Assembly: GCF_000142905.1 (NCBI RefSeq)
Contig: NW_013657660.1
Span: 1-64,000, forward strand
Source: Thecamonas trahens ATCC 50062
Taxonomy: Eukaryota > Protista > Apusomonadida
Direction of reading: 5' to 3'
Length of the DNA stretch: 64,000 nt
Shown: one piece after another, positions 32,701 to 45,449 of the stretch
Numbering within the stretch: position 1 is the first letter of the stretch
Layout: the number at the start of each line of letters is the position of its first letter
The notes under the pieces: generated by a model
Told to the model about the DNA's origin: nothing
Databases searched by the model: none
What the model saw: only the letters and a program-made list of their open reading frames with translations
Position numbers and translations under genes: made by a program

Positions 32701-35700
32701 TCTCGCTCATTCTCGACAAGATCCTGGCCTCCAGCATTGTCGACGACCCGTCTGCCGCAATCCTTCTCGCCCAGCACTGGCCGGTCCCGGTCGGCTTGCC
32801 GGACCGATGCCTCCCGGCCCACGTCACCCGTCTCCTTGCCGCTCTCTTGACTGCGCACGCCGTCGCTGGTGCCGGTGCGCCCGCCTCTGCTGACGCCCGT
32901 CTCCTGCCGCATGTCATCTTTCCGTTCTGGGCCGCCGTCCTCACACAGGCCCCCGACTGGTTTACTGCCGCCTCGCCTCGGCGCGCTCTGATGAACGTTC
33001 TCTCGCACGCCGCGCTCGTCATGGGCGTCTCGGACACGCTTGTCGGCGCCTACTCTGCTGCTACCGCGACTGTCAACGCCGCCGCGCCGTCCACCATGTC
33101 CAAAATCGGCTCGTTCTTCGGTGGCCTCATCGGCTCCGAGGCCAAGTCGCGCTCGCTACTCGCCACCAACGCCAACGCCACCCTCTCCAACGACATCCTC
33201 ACGCCGCACTCACTCGACGTCGACTGTCCTGCGCTCATATTTGATGTGCTCTACATCGAGACTCTCGCGTTCCTCGGGAAGCTCGACGAGCTCGGTGCCC
33301 AGCTGGTGGCCGCCGGGCCAGGCGCTGCCCATCGCGTCCTCAAGTCGGCCGGTTATTCACGTACCATGTGCACTCTACCTATCTACAAGTGGGCTGCCTA
33401 CGCTGTCGCGCTCCCGGTCGGCTCAACTCTCCATCCGCTTTTCCTTCACATGTTTTTTGCGCTCTACGCCGCCTCGTCCGGTGTCCATGATGCTGCCTTT
33501 GCTGGCTACGCCAACTACGGCGCGCTGTTCTTTGACGAGCTCTCGATCCCGGCTCCGTTTCTCAACCTCAAGACCCAGGTTGCTACCCTCCTTGTTGCAC
33601 TTGTCAACCACCACCAGACACTCGAGACACCGCTCGCGCCGCAGCTGGTCGAGATCTACACCGCAATGTCCGAATGGCTCGCCTCGCCGGCGCTTGCCTC
33701 ACTCTTTACCACCGCTGCTGCCAACACCGGAGGCACCCTCGACGCCCGCTTCCTCCCGGATCGGCTCGTCGCGCTTGTCCTGCGCTCTCCGCTCGTCGAC
33801 CGCTCGTATCTCTGGCGCGACCTTGTCGACCTGCAGGCTGGCTTTGTGAGTCTCGCCCGCGGCGCCTCGGTCTGGCTCCGCATCCATCCGCGGTGCTGGA
33901 CCGTGCCCGAGGCAGCGGTGGAGACGCCGCTCGAGCCGGTCGCTCGAGCCTTTGAGCGTGCCGACCCGCACCCGCGCGGCTTTGCTTTCTCGCCGTCGGT
34001 TAATCTCGGCGAGGTCCTTCTTGGTATCAACACCGCTAGAGTCGCCGAACCCGCGCCGCTGGCCGCCCGACCGGTTCTCGAGCCCGCGCCGCCGTCGGTC
34101 GACTCGATGCTGTACATGCTCAATCCGCTGGTGGCCCAGGCTCGGGCCCACTCGACCCGCGAGACAGACTATCTCCTGCTCGACGATGAGTATCTTCGCC
34201 TGCTCCCGCAGCTTTATGTCAACGAGCCGCGTGAGCGCCACGAGCTGAAGAGCTGTTCCGGCTCGGGCAAGAATGCCTGTCGACAACCAGTCCGCTTTGT
34301 GGTGCCCTACACCGAGCGGGTGATGCAGAACGGGGTCTCCGACTCGATCGTTCGCAACCGAACCCGCGTCAACGAGCTCATTGCTGCCTCTGGCACCGCG
34401 CCTGATACCTGCATCCAGGCCCTCCGAGTCCTGCTTGCGGTCGAGGAGCTTGTTGCCGCGTCAGCCGTCCAGACCAAGGTTGGATCTGCGCTTCTCGACG
34501 GGCTGCTTGCCCTCATCTCGCCGGACACGGTCCGCTATCCGCCGCTGGCCTACTACTTTGGCCTTGTGCTCTCCCGCCTCTCGCCGGCATTCTGGCGGGC
34601 AGATCCCGACGCGACAACTGGGCTGCTTGACACTGCGCTCCACGCACCGTACGCCATTCCGATTTACGCGCACGTCTTTGACCCCTACCGGGCGCCGCAC
34701 GCGCTCACAGCCATGCTGGACACCCTCTTTACCGCAGCGCGCACCCTCGGGTACGACGCCGTCTCTCCGCTCCTCGCTGCGTTCAACGGCGCGCCGAGGT
34801 GTGCGCCTCCGTACCAGCTCTTCCCACGCGAGCAGGGCGAAGGCATGCTGGTGCGGATCGTGGGCGAGGTTGACACTGTGCTGGGCGTCCAGGATCAGAT
34901 TGTCGGTCTTGAAGCGGCCGCCACGGCGCTTGTTGCTGTCTTTGAGTGGATCCTGACCGCGCATGGGCTCGCAGCCTCGGGCGACATTGTCCCGTTTGTC
35001 CTCCCGCAGCTGCTGGGCATTTCACCGCAGGGCGCCACGCGCCTTTTGGCCGCCCTGGCACAAGTACCGCTCCCGACCCATGCCACCGAGCTCGCGCGGA
35101 TCTTTGGTACCCTCACTGAGCACTTTTGGGCTGTCCGCAACTCGACCCGACTCTTCGACATCTACCACGAGCCGTACGTGGCTGCCCTGGGCCAGTTTGT
35201 GTCCGCGCTGGTAGCTGCAGCGGCGGCGGCAGCTGGCCCGGGAGTCGCCTCGGAGTATGCGGGTTTTACCGGTGCCAACGCCGCCCGCCCGCTGTTGGAT
35301 CTCTGGCACGGCGTTGCGGGACTCTGGCAGCCGTTCCTCTGCTCGATGCCTTCGCCCGACGACGCTGGTGCGCCAGCGCAACAGCCATTTGATCTCGCAG
35401 CTCATACTGGCGAGTGTCTGGCGGCAATGGAAGCGCTCCGGGGCTCTATCGACGCGCTCACCTCTCACGAGGCGTGTGCCGGTGAGCTGCTTGCCTCGGT
35501 CTTTGAGTGGTACGTCCGTGCGCTGGTTCCTTTCTCGGAACCTGGAACCCGGGTGCTCTTTGACGATGTTCTCGGCTCGCTGGCGTGGCGCCGATGGCAG
35601 CTCGACTCGGCAGGCCTTGCACGGCTTGTGAGCATGGTCACGCCCAACGCGGCCGGGCTCTTCCTCCGTGTCCTCCCGCAGGTTCTTCCACCGATCCTCA

Positions 35701-36992
35701 TGACCTCGCCAGCCATGCCAATCTCGACTGTGCGCGAGACGTCAGTCGCTCTGGCACTGGCTGTCCGGCACGCGCCGCTTCCGATTCCTCGCGACGCTGT
35801 CGCGCTGCTTGCATCGACCGCAGAGTGGCAAGAACTGCCACCAGAGGCGTACCGTATGATGGTCGATGCGGTGCCACTGGTTCTCGACGCCGCCATCGCG
35901 CCGCTGGTTGTCGATGCGCCGTCGGTGGAGACGAGCGTCACCTCCGAGGCGGGACGGATTTCGCTCATCCTCGGCCTGTGGCGGGTGCTCGCTCGTGAGT
36001 CGCCGGCCAAGCTAGCAGTGCTGAACGGGGCAGCCATGGCGGCTGTGCTCTCGGGGAGTGGTGTCGACACCGGCTTTAACTCGGCGCAGCACCCGAGCCT
36101 CGTGGGCGAGCTGCTGGGCCTTGTGGGCGCGCGCATTGACAGCGCATCGACCGACGACGTGCACGCGATGCTCAGCTCGCTGGTGGAGATGCACAACTTT
36201 GCGAGCCCCAACTGCGCAGACGAGCTGCTGCGGACCTTTGTCTCGTTTGCAAGCATGCATCCGTCGGCGGCATCAGCCATGGTGGCGGTGGCGTCGTCGC
36301 GACTGGCGTCGGTCGAAGCCATGGTCGGCCTGGTAGAGGCCTCACTCGCAGCTGCGGACGGAGCCGGGCACCAGATCCAGAGCCTCGCGTCGAATGTGCG
36401 CGTCCCCGAGCTTGCCGCGGATGCCTTTACTGCCGCGTGTGTCGCTGCGTGCGCAGGCTTCACTCTTGTCTGCGTGCTCGAGCAGCAGCGGAACAAGGCA
36501 CAGGCTGCCCACAACGGCTGCGAGTGGTTCCGGGCCATGACGGTAGAGGCTGGGAACGAACGCGCAGCAGTAGCGTTGGTCCTCAAGGTTCTCGAGCTCG
36601 CGCCTACGTTTGAGGTCGTGGCGGCCATCGGGAGCGCGCTCGCCGATGCAACCCGGGTCAAGCAGGGCCTCTTTGCGCGGATGGCCAAAAAGGTCGGCCT
36701 GCGGCGGAGTGACAAGGCGCCGGCGGCATGGTTCACGGCGCTCTCGCGCGGCTTTGGTCTCTGGACAGTCTTGCGGACCCGAAACGCCGCCGAGCCAGAT
36801 CTGGCCCGCGAGCTCAAGGACTTTCGCGAGCTCGGCCGCAAGAAAACATACGCCCACCTCAAGTTCGCTCTCGACTCGGTCATCGAGCTGGTCGAGGGCG
36901 ACGGCGAGGCCAGCCCGGAGGTAGGTGCGAGGGTGTGGCAGTCGATGCTCGCACTGGTCTGGAGCGCAAACGAGCCAGGTGCATCCACATAA
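29732..36992 (+). CDS. EPG5: Ectopic P granules protein 5 (autophagy tether), split by two single-base frameshifts (~30230, ~32657)
   Basis: W..V.PQARCGDG, LLRCRGVADW, LSESDFLALLEQMPF, LPIYKWA, YLRLLPQLYVN; the three ORFs join by one missing C in C runs. Confidence 0.85.
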
Positions 36993-37013
36993 AGCCTCAC
37001 ACTAGCCGTCTCA

Positions 37014-38144
37014 TCAAGACTCGAGCCAGTCGTCGCCCCATCGAGCTTTGCGGGCGTGGCGGTAGGCCGGCCGGCCGGACTTGCCCTTGGTGACCGTGAG
37101 GCGAGCAATGTCGCCGGTGGGCGCGCAGGTATCCATAATGACGTGCTTGCCGCGCTTGAGCGGAGGCGAGATAATCTTGGACCAAGAGGTAGAGGCCGTC
37201 GTGTCGGCGACCATCGTGGCATCAATCTCGGCCCCGGTCTTTGCAGCAATGAGGTACGAGAACTTTTCACGCGAGAACGAGGTTGCCGATGACTTGAGTG
37301 CGCGCTGGATCGGCGTGCGTTCGTAGGCGAGCGCAAAGTGGCACCACGACTTGGCATAGCGATCGTCGCGCTCGCTTGCAAGCGGACAGGCGCCCGAGTG
37401 TGGGCAAGGCGCAACCACCGAGCCGGAGCCGGAGGCGATGACGGTGTCGCGGACGGCCATGATTCTGGCGTAGCCTTGCGGCGTGCCGGGCTCGACCACC
37501 ACAAGCACCTTGCCAGCTGCAGCCCACAGTTGGTCAATAGTAGGCGCAAGTAGGTTGTCCGACGGAAGATCGCAGAGCACGTAAGACGCGAGCACAAGGT
37601 CGGCCGGGGTGGACGGGAGGGTGACCCTGGCCGAGATCCGGCTGTGCAGAGCGGCATCGTCGGGCAGAGTGGCGAGACCGGCGTCCATCATGTGCGGCGA
37701 GGGTTCTACCACCACCAGTCCCTCGTCCATGGCCTGCGGAAGGACCTGGTTGAGGGCCCAGGTCGAGGCGCATGAACCGGCGCCAAAGTCAATCGACGAC
37801 CGGACGTCGGCGAGGATGTCCGACGGCAGCTTGGTCACCATCTCATCCAGCACGCGCTCGGTGGCAGCATACACCGCAGGCGAGCGATGTGCCATGAAAG
37901 CTGTAGCCGCCAGTGCCGAATTGTAGCTCGGAGCCCCCGATGCCGCGTATGCCTTGGCACCAGCTTCCTTCAGATGTCCTGCTGCCACCGACTTGACCCT
38001 CTTGGCGATGGCCCGAGCCAGTCCCCTGGGCACCTTCCGCTGTCCGTCCGCCAACGCCGTCCTCCGTCCACCTGGTGCCGGGACGGTACTCGCCATGACC
38101 CGTCCAGTCCATGCCCGGGCCACAATCATCTGTCGCCGCAGCAT
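37014..38144 (-). CDS. METTL17: Mitochondrial small ribosomal subunit assembly factor / methyltransferase-like RSM22
   Basis: DFGAG, VVEPGTPQGY, VVAPCPHSGACP, CHF, EKFSY, KRGKHVIMDTC, YRHARKARWGD; MLRR presequence. Confidence 0.92.
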   Translation of the reverse strand: MLRRQMIVARAWTGRVMASTVPAPGGRRTALADGQRKVPRGLARAIAKRVKSVAAGHLKEAGAKAYAASGAPSYNSALAATAFMAHRSPAVYAATERVLDEMVTKLPSDILADVRSSIDFGAGSCASTWALNQVLPQAMDEGLVVVEPSPHMMDAGLATLPDDAALHSRISARVTLPSTPADLVLASYVLCDLPSDNLLAPTIDQLWAAAGKVLVVVEPGTPQGYARIMAVRDTVIASGSGSVVAPCPHSGACPLASERDDRYAKSWCHFALAYERTPIQRALKSSATSFSREKFSYLIAAKTGAEIDATMVADTTASTSWSKIISPPLKRGKHVIMDTCAPTGDIARLTVTKGKSGRPAYRHARKARWGDDWLES

Positions 38145-38303
38145 GGTGGCAAGTGCGAGTTGAGTGTGGTTCGTCGGCGGGGTGGGGGGCTGCTCGAAGA
38201 TGGATGGATGCTGCCAGACAGACACCGACGCATGGCCTCGACTCTGAAACGTCGGGGGTGGCCAGCATAAAAGCTCGTCAAGCTTTAAAGAGCTCCGCAA
38301 AGT

Positions 38304-41059
38304 TTACGCGTCCAGAGCGGCCAGCTCATCCTCGCCAAGCTCCAGATCCTCGCCCTCGTCAAGATCCGAGAGATCCGAGAGGTCGGAGAGGTCGTCGGCG
38401 GTGGTGAGGCCGGCGGCAAGATGGCGGAGCGAGAAGGGCGAGACCGGGTGGGCGGCATCAGCGACGACGCCATAGACCTCAAAGACGAGTGCATCATTGA
38501 GGACGGTGTCGATGACCTCGTCGGAGACCCGCATGCGGACGAGGCCCTGGAAGAGAGGGGCAGCGTCGGGCGCGGCTGCCGTCTCGCCACCGAGGAGCGG
38601 CGTGACGAGCGGCATGGCCGCGCCGGGGAGGGTGACTGAGACAAAGACGCCATCGAAAAGGCGAGCGGGGTGTCGTCGAGGGCGTGCACGGTGACTTTGA
38701 CGTCGACGACGTGCGCAGGCTGAAGCCAGAGCGACGGTTTGGCACGCGCGGCGTCCGAGAGCTGCGGCTCGATCGAGACTGTCAGCCGGCCACGGTAGTG
38801 GCCGTGCGGCGAGAGGACCGGCGTGGTGACGGCGCGAATGGAGCCGGCGCGCGAAAGCGCGAGCGGAATCACGTATGCCGAGCCGAGAAGTACATCGGTC
38901 TCGAGCGAGAACGGATCCGGGCCGCCGTTGTCGGCGAGGCCAAAAGCGCGATAGTTCTCCACTACTTCCATCATGTTGAACAGCCTTTCAGCAAAGGTGT
39001 CGGCATCGAGGAGCGCGACCGGGCCGGCGGCTGGGCCTGCCGGCCCGCACGCCTCACACTCGAGGTGTAGCTGGCGGACAAAGACGGCTGGCTCGTGGCG
39101 GCCAGCGGCGCCGCCGACCAGCGCAGGCTGGATGTGCGGCGCGTAGCGGACCGTCTTGCCGAGCGCCGCCGCTGCCGCGTTGGCCTCTGAGATGTCGGGC
39201 ATGAGTGCCACAAGCCCGGCCTCGAGCTTGTCAATGAGCGCGGCAGCATCGAGCTCGAGCTCGGCCGCGTCGCCGGCGCCGAGCTTGGACGACCGCGCCC
39301 CAGTCGCGTTCTCCTTCATGGCGAGCTGGTAGACCTTGAGCAGGGCAGTGCGGCCAAACGGAGCGGACGCGCCGTCCGCGTACACCAGAAAGTGGTTGTT
39401 GCCGATGACCAGGCGGTCGCCGTTGGCCAGCTTGGCGCCGGCGGCGGCGACCTCGACGCCGTTAACCCGCACGGGCGCCTGTGCATTGCCAGGCTGGCAG
39501 GTCACACTGCCATTTTCGGCCTCGGTCACGATGCGCATGTGGATCGGAGCAACAAGGATGCCGCCGAGGGTGTAGGTGGCCTCGGGCGACGAGCCAAAGG
39601 TCACGCCTGACGCAGCCGCCGATATGTCCAGCGCGTACTTGATGGACGCGTTGGCAAGATTGACCAGGTGGGGCTTTGAGGTGTCGACGTTGACGTCGAT
39701 GCCCGACACAGCGCGCAGGTCCGACTTGAGCTCGTCCATGGCGGCCTTGGACGAAGCCGAGGCTTCGGCCCGTCGGTCTGCAGCCGAGAGGCCGAGCGAG
39801 TCCATGAGCTGGGTCTGCTGCGCTAGCTGTGCCCGCAGCGCATCGAGTTCGGCGGCCATGGCCGCGTCCTCGGCCGGGGCAGCCGACGCGTCGCCGGCGC
39901 CGCCTGAGGCGACCAGCGCCTTGAGTCGGGCCACCTCCTCCTTGAGCTCGCGGATGACCTTGTCGTTGGGCGACTCGTTGATGACGGCCACGTTCTGGAT
40001 CTTACTGGCCCGGTTGGCGTAGCGCAGCGTCGAGAGAGTCTCCTTGTAGTTGTCGGCTGCCGGAGAGATAGCCGCCACCATGATGGTCTTGGCGTTTCCG
40101 CCAAGACTCTCCTGCAGGATGCGGGTGAGCGCCGAGTCGCGGTACGGCACAATGCGCTTCCGCCGGCGCTTGCCCTGCTCAGCCGGCATGCAGTTGTCGG
40201 CCAGCGCCTCGATGACGTTGCCGAGGGCGGTGAGCGACTGGTTGATGGCGGAGCCCTCCTTGAGGCGCTTCCCTGTCGCGCCGGTCTTGTTCTGCCGCTC
40301 GGAGCCGGCAAGGTCGATGAGGTTGATCTTGCTCGTCAGGTCAGATGCGGTCATGGTCGCCTGGTCCACTCGAGTCTGGGTGAGGTAGATGGTGAGGACC
40401 GAGTGCGAGCGCGACGAGGTGGCGTTCATGTTTGTCTGCGCCACCGTCCGCATGGTGTTGCCCAGCTCCATCAGAACTTCGACGTCCTCGTAAGAGGTCA
40501 CCGCCCGGCGCGAGAGGCCCTCGACGAAGATGCCGAGTTTGGGGCTCTCGCGGACCTTGAGGCTCGCCACTGCCTGCTTGGGGTTGAACAAGTCGCGGAT
40601 CTTCTCCATGTAGATCTCCAAGTACGAGACCTCGACCCGAAACGAGAGATCATCGACCTGATTGGCATCAATTCTGGCAAACAATTCGCGCAGACCTCTG
40701 GGAACGATACCAAGCTCCTCCCCGTAGCCGGACATCGAGTACGACTTGCCGGCGCCGGTCTGGCCGTAGGCAAAGACCGAGGTGTTGTAGCCAGCCCAAG
40801 CGGCCTCGAGATAGGCCTTGCCCAGATCATCAAACACTTTTTCCTGCGAAGCGTACGCCTCATCATGAGCATCCACAAACGAGTTGTATGCATAGTTGAA
40901 GGAGAACGAGTGCTGCTTCTCGCCATCCGTTGGGTCCGTCACCACCACCATGTGCTCCGTCGGCATGGTCACACACGCCGGTGACTCTAGCGCAAGCTCA
41001 CGCTCGTTAAACGGACGCATACGCACCGCAATCTGTACATTATCCCCTCCGCTACTCAT
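38304..41059 (-). CDS. Kinesin-3 family motor (motor + FHA + C-terminal domain); frameshift at ~38658
   Basis: AVRMRPFNERE, AYGQTGAGKSYSM, NATSSRSH, IDLAGSER, PHLVNL, LANGDRLVIGNNHF; continues into ORF 38304..38615. Confidence 0.92.
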
Positions 41060-41187
41060 AATACCCTCGTCTACTCTTCTGCCTCCAGCAAGTCGGAAGT
41101 GAGGTGGTCCAACGCCTCGCCCGTAGTTAGTGCGGCGGGTTGGCTGGTCGTCGTCGCTGCCCATCCGTCCGCCGCCACCCACGAGCC

Positions 41188-41352
41188 GCCGCCCATCCGC
41201 CAGCCATCGCGGGCCATCGCCCATCCGCCAGCCTTCGCGGGCCATCGCCCATCGCCAGCACCCGCCAGTTTCTGTCCATCTGCCGCCCATCCGCCAGCCA
41301 TCGCGGGCCATCGCCCATCCGCCAGCCATCGCGGGCCATCGCCCATCGCCAG
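41188..41352. repeat. ~28-bp minisatellite (cgcccatccgccagccatcgcgggccat) upstream of the kinesin gene
   Basis: Four near-identical units plus partial copies. Confidence 0.85.
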
Positions 41353-41764
41353 CACCCGTGAGCCGACAGTTAGCGGGTAGGACAAAGAGGACAGGATCGC
41401 GGGGATCACAGAGATCACATAGATCGCAGAGAGCGTGATGATCGCCAGGATCGCTACTGTAGACTCTCATCACATACATACATCCAGAGTAGGCCGTCAT
41501 CAACGAACAAGCGTATACTGCGATGATGCAAGCGTTGGATCCGGAGAGGGGGGGAGGCCCACATCACAAAGCCCGCGACTGAGGCTCAGACCATCCATCA
41601 GTCCCCAATCCCATGCCCGAGCCTACATGCATGCCCATATTCGATCCCGCGCCAGACCCACGATCCCTGCCATATCCTTCCAATTTCCTGCAGGTACTGG
41701 CTGCTTCCTCCCGCAGGTGCTGGCTCAAGCTCAGGCTCCAACACTCACTCGACTCGAGACCCAG

Positions 41765-42866
41765 ATGGCTGCCGAGCCGAGCTCGACGGTAGCCAGCATT
41801 GCTGCTGTGCCTTGGTGGCACTCTGTGGTGGCCGGTAACATGGGTGGCATTGTCGGTATGTGGTTCTGCTGTTGCCCATGCCATTGAGGGCTAGCACAGA
41901 GGAATGCGATGTGGGCAAGTGACTTGCTTTCTTTTTTTGAGGGGGAGGGTGGGGAGGTGGAGGGGGGGGGGGGGGGGGGGGGGGGGGCTGCGTCTCTCAC
42001 ATCCGATCTGGCGCGGTATGCTGCTGCGTTCGGCGACAGGACTCGCCATCTCGTTTCCACTTGATACGCTCAAGGTGCGAATGATGATGGAGCCAGACAA
42101 GTACGTGTCGTTGGGCGCGACTCTGCGATCAATGGTGGCTAGCGAAGGCCCGGCCTCGCTGTATCGCGGGCTGACGGCGCCAGTGGCGGGCTACGGCGTC
42201 ATCAATGCTGTGGCCTTTGGTTCTTTCGAGTGGGCAAAGTCTTGGCTGGACGAGGTGGTCGACGAGACACGTGCTGGCTCAATGGCTCAGGTTGTCATCC
42301 CGGCGGCGGCCTTTGCTGGCCTGGTCCAGTCGTTTGTTCGCGGGCCGGTCGAGCTTGCCAAGACGGTCCAGCAAGCGTGGCACAATCCCGGCAATGCGCG
42401 GGCACCGCCGTTCAAGTCGGCCTTTCACGGCATCGCCCATGTGGTGCGAAACGACGGTCCCAGCGCGCTCTTCCGTGGCCTGGGCGCCACCATCGCCCGT
42501 GAAGTCCCGCAGTATGCTATCTACTACCCGACGTACGCGCTGCTCAAACCGGCCCTCACCGACGCGCTGCCGAGCAAGTACGCACCGGTTGCAGTTGCTG
42601 CCGCCGGTGCGCTCGCAGGCTCAGCCCAGTGGGTCCCTACCATACCGGTCGATGTCATCAAGACCCGGATGCAGGGCGCGCCGGCCGGTACCTACACCTC
42701 GGTCGTGCACTGCGCACGCACGCTGTGGGCCGAGCAAGGCCTCGCCACGTTCTTCAAGGGCACGGCGCCGGCCCTCATCCGCGCCGCCCCGCTCCATGCA
42801 GGTGTCTTTCTCGGCTACGACACCACCATGAAACTGCTCGCCTCCACCAGCACCGCGAGCCAATGA
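41765..42866 (+). CDS. Mitochondrial carrier (SLC25, carnitine/basic amino-acid-like); join(41765..41855,42040..42866)
   Basis: Three Px[DE]xxK motifs (PLDTLK, PVELAK, PVDVIK); GTATGT..CAG intron containing poly-G. Confidence 0.92.
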
Positions 42867-42894
42867 CGCCGGTCCAGCCTGCGCGTTCTGCCCA

Positions 42895-44966
42895 TCACCG
42901 CCGCCGCCCGGCCCGCCCGGCCTTGGCCTTGGCCTTGGCCTTGGCCCGCCGCCGCTTGTGCTCGTTCCAAGCAAGAATAAACTTGTTGAGCAAGTCAACA
43001 ACCAGCAAGGCCTCGGCCAGCAGTGTCTGCGGCATGTTGGCGCTCTTCATCCGTGAGTAAAGACTCTGCATCGAGTCGCGGACGGCTGCAGCGTGAATTG
43101 ACGGCAGCCGCTTTGTCCCGAACAGTGGGTAGTACAGCCGCAGCTCACAGAGCTCGTTGTAGATCTCGCGTGAGGCCTCGTTGCGGAGTACGTTCTGGTA
43201 CGCGAGGTTAATCCGTGAGAGCACCTGCGTGGCCGACGCCTGCATCGCAGGATCGTCAAAGTTGTCCGGATGCAGCATCCGCGTCAGTTCGCGCCGCTGG
43301 GTTAGAATGAGCGACGATGGCGACTCGGCCGTCACGCCAAACAGTCCGTAGTAGTCGCCGTCGTCCACAAGCGCCATGAGCTCGGCGTGCCGCTCCGCCG
43401 GCACAAACTTGCGGTTCACCACCGTGCCGCTTGCCCACTGCTCGCGGCCGTAGGCCCGGCCAGGATCCGCTCCAGCAGCGCCTTGCGGTCCTCCGGCGAC
43501 GGCACTGTCCGCACAGGTGTCGGGCGCGCCGGCGGCTCGACCGAGCACAGCGAGTCGCCCGAGCCCGAGCCCGAGCTCGACTCGGTCTCGTACTCGTACT
43601 CGCCCGAGCCCGAGCCCGAACCCGAGTCTGACCCAGAGTCCGAGTCGGAGCCCGAGTCCGGGCTCGACTCGTGTCCAGCGCTGGTCTGGCCTGCAGCGCC
43701 CGGCGACGATGTCTTGCGGCCAGTGCCAAAGAGCGAAAACGGCGAGTCGCGAGCCGCTGTAGCACCTGGTGTCGGTGACGGCGTCGGCGCTGAGCTTGCC
43801 GCCGCGATCTTCTCCTTGGTTTTCGACGAGAAGAGCGAGAAGACCGAGTCGGATCCGGAGCCCGTCTTTTTCGATGATGGTGCTGTCGACGCAGCTGAGC
43901 TGGTGGACGATGCGGACGGAGAAGCCGCCCGCGGCGAGATCGCGCGTGGTGACGAGACTTGTGGCGTGCCGGACCCACTGGTGTTGGGCGGCGACGGAGC
44001 AGCCGGTTCGGGCCCCGCCGCCGCAGCCGGGGAATTCGTCGGATCCCGGAGCCGTCCGCGTTGAATCAGCCGCATGTACATGAGCTTGCCGTTGTCGCGG
44101 GCAGATGTGAGGGCGTCGGCAAACGAGACATCGCGCGACGAGGCCCAAGCACCGTAGAACGCGCGGTCGAGCTCACGGTCCGGCTCGTGCCCGTCGCAGT
44201 AGAGTACAAAGGCTGACGGGAGCTTGTTGGCCAGCCGCTTGGCGTGCGGAATGTTGAGCACAACGGCGAGAATCGATGAGACGTCAAAGAGCTCCGCCAG
44301 GTCGGCGTCGGGAACCAGCTTGGTCGCATACCGCTTGCCGTGCAGCGCAACCTTGTACCGCCCAGGCTTGGAAGCTGGGACATGCGGTGCCGAGAGATGA
44401 ACCACATGCGGACGAAACGACAGCAGCGTCGACTCTAGCGCGTCGGGCGTCGGCAGAGGCAGCACCATGTACTCGGGCGCAAGCGGCGACGAGCCCAGGG
44501 ATTCGCCGATCAGCATGCTCTCGACCTCGACGCCACCCAGCCCATGCTCCACAGGCGATGCGCCAACGTACAGGACTCTCAGCGGGCTCTCGCCGGCCAG
44601 ATCATACGGCGATGCGTCAACAAGGTGCAGACCCGGCAGAGTGGTGACGGGCGCATGAACGACGACTGCCTCAGGCGCGGTCTTGTCCAAGGCGCCGCCA
44701 TCCTCCGACGACGCTTGCTGTCTGCTTTCAGCATTATTCGATGGCACTGCCGTGGCAACCTCGTTCATGGCCTTGGCCACTTCTCGCAGCAGCTGGCGGC
44801 GAATGCCGAGCTTGTCCATCGCGAGCTCGTGCTTCAGGTCGTGGTCGGAGAGCGAGCCGAGGGTGGCCCCGTCGACAGCTTGCTCTCCAAAGGCCTCTGC
44901 ATACGGTGCAAAGCTCGGGTATGTCGAGAGCCATCCCTGTACCTGTTCTGTGCTCCACCCGTCCAT
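42895..44966 (-). CDS. SAM + CHAT-like (inactive) + Ser-rich linker + J-domain protein; frameshift at ~43458
   Basis: SAM: WSTEQVQGWL..VDGATLGSL..LGIRRQLL; CHAT-like: LRVLYVGASP, RPHVVHLS, AVVLN, RAFY; J: DYYGLFGV..LHPD..INLAYQNVL. Confidence 0.72.
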
Positions 44967-45031
44967 GCTGAGGGGGAGGTGGGGGGGGGGGAGGGGGGAG
45001 GGGGGGTACCTGCCGGTAGGTGGGTGGGGAG

Positions 45032-45303
45032 NNNNNNNNNNNNNNNNNNNNNNNNNNNNNNNNNNNNNNNNNNNNNNNNNNNNNNNNNNNNNNNNNNNNN
45101 NNNNNNNNNNNNNNNNNNNNNNNNNNNNNNNNNNNNNNNNNNNNNNNNNNNNNNNNNNNNNNNNNNNNNNNNNNNNNNNNNNNNNNNNNNNNNNNNNNNN
45201 NNNNNNNNNNNNNNNNNNNNNNNNNNNNNNNNNNNNNNNNNNNNNNNNNNNNNNNNNNNNNNNNNNNNNNNNNNNNNNNNNNNNNNNNNNNNNNNNNNNN
45301 NNN
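45032..45303. other. Assembly gap
   Basis: N run flanked by poly-G. Confidence 0.99.
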
Positions 45304-45449
45304 NGGGGGGGGAGGGGGTGGCGATGGTGCTGTGGAGCTTTGAAACTGTTCTGGGAGGGGAGATCGGAGTATGGGCGTGGTGATGGGGCGTGGTGGTGGG
45401 GCAGAGGGTGTTGGGAGTGGGCGTACGGGTTGCCAGGATTGAGGGGAGG

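Noticed and set aside
35465-37657. Long alternative-frame/antisense ORFs (e.g. 730 aa here, 670 aa at 12822, 384 aa at 6450)
   Set aside because: Expected shadows of GC-rich coding sequence; Ser/Arg/Ala-rich with no domains
12469-41352. Repeats at 12469 and 41188 as CRISPR-like arrays
   Set aside because: Tandem units without unique spacers, eukaryotic context, no cas genes
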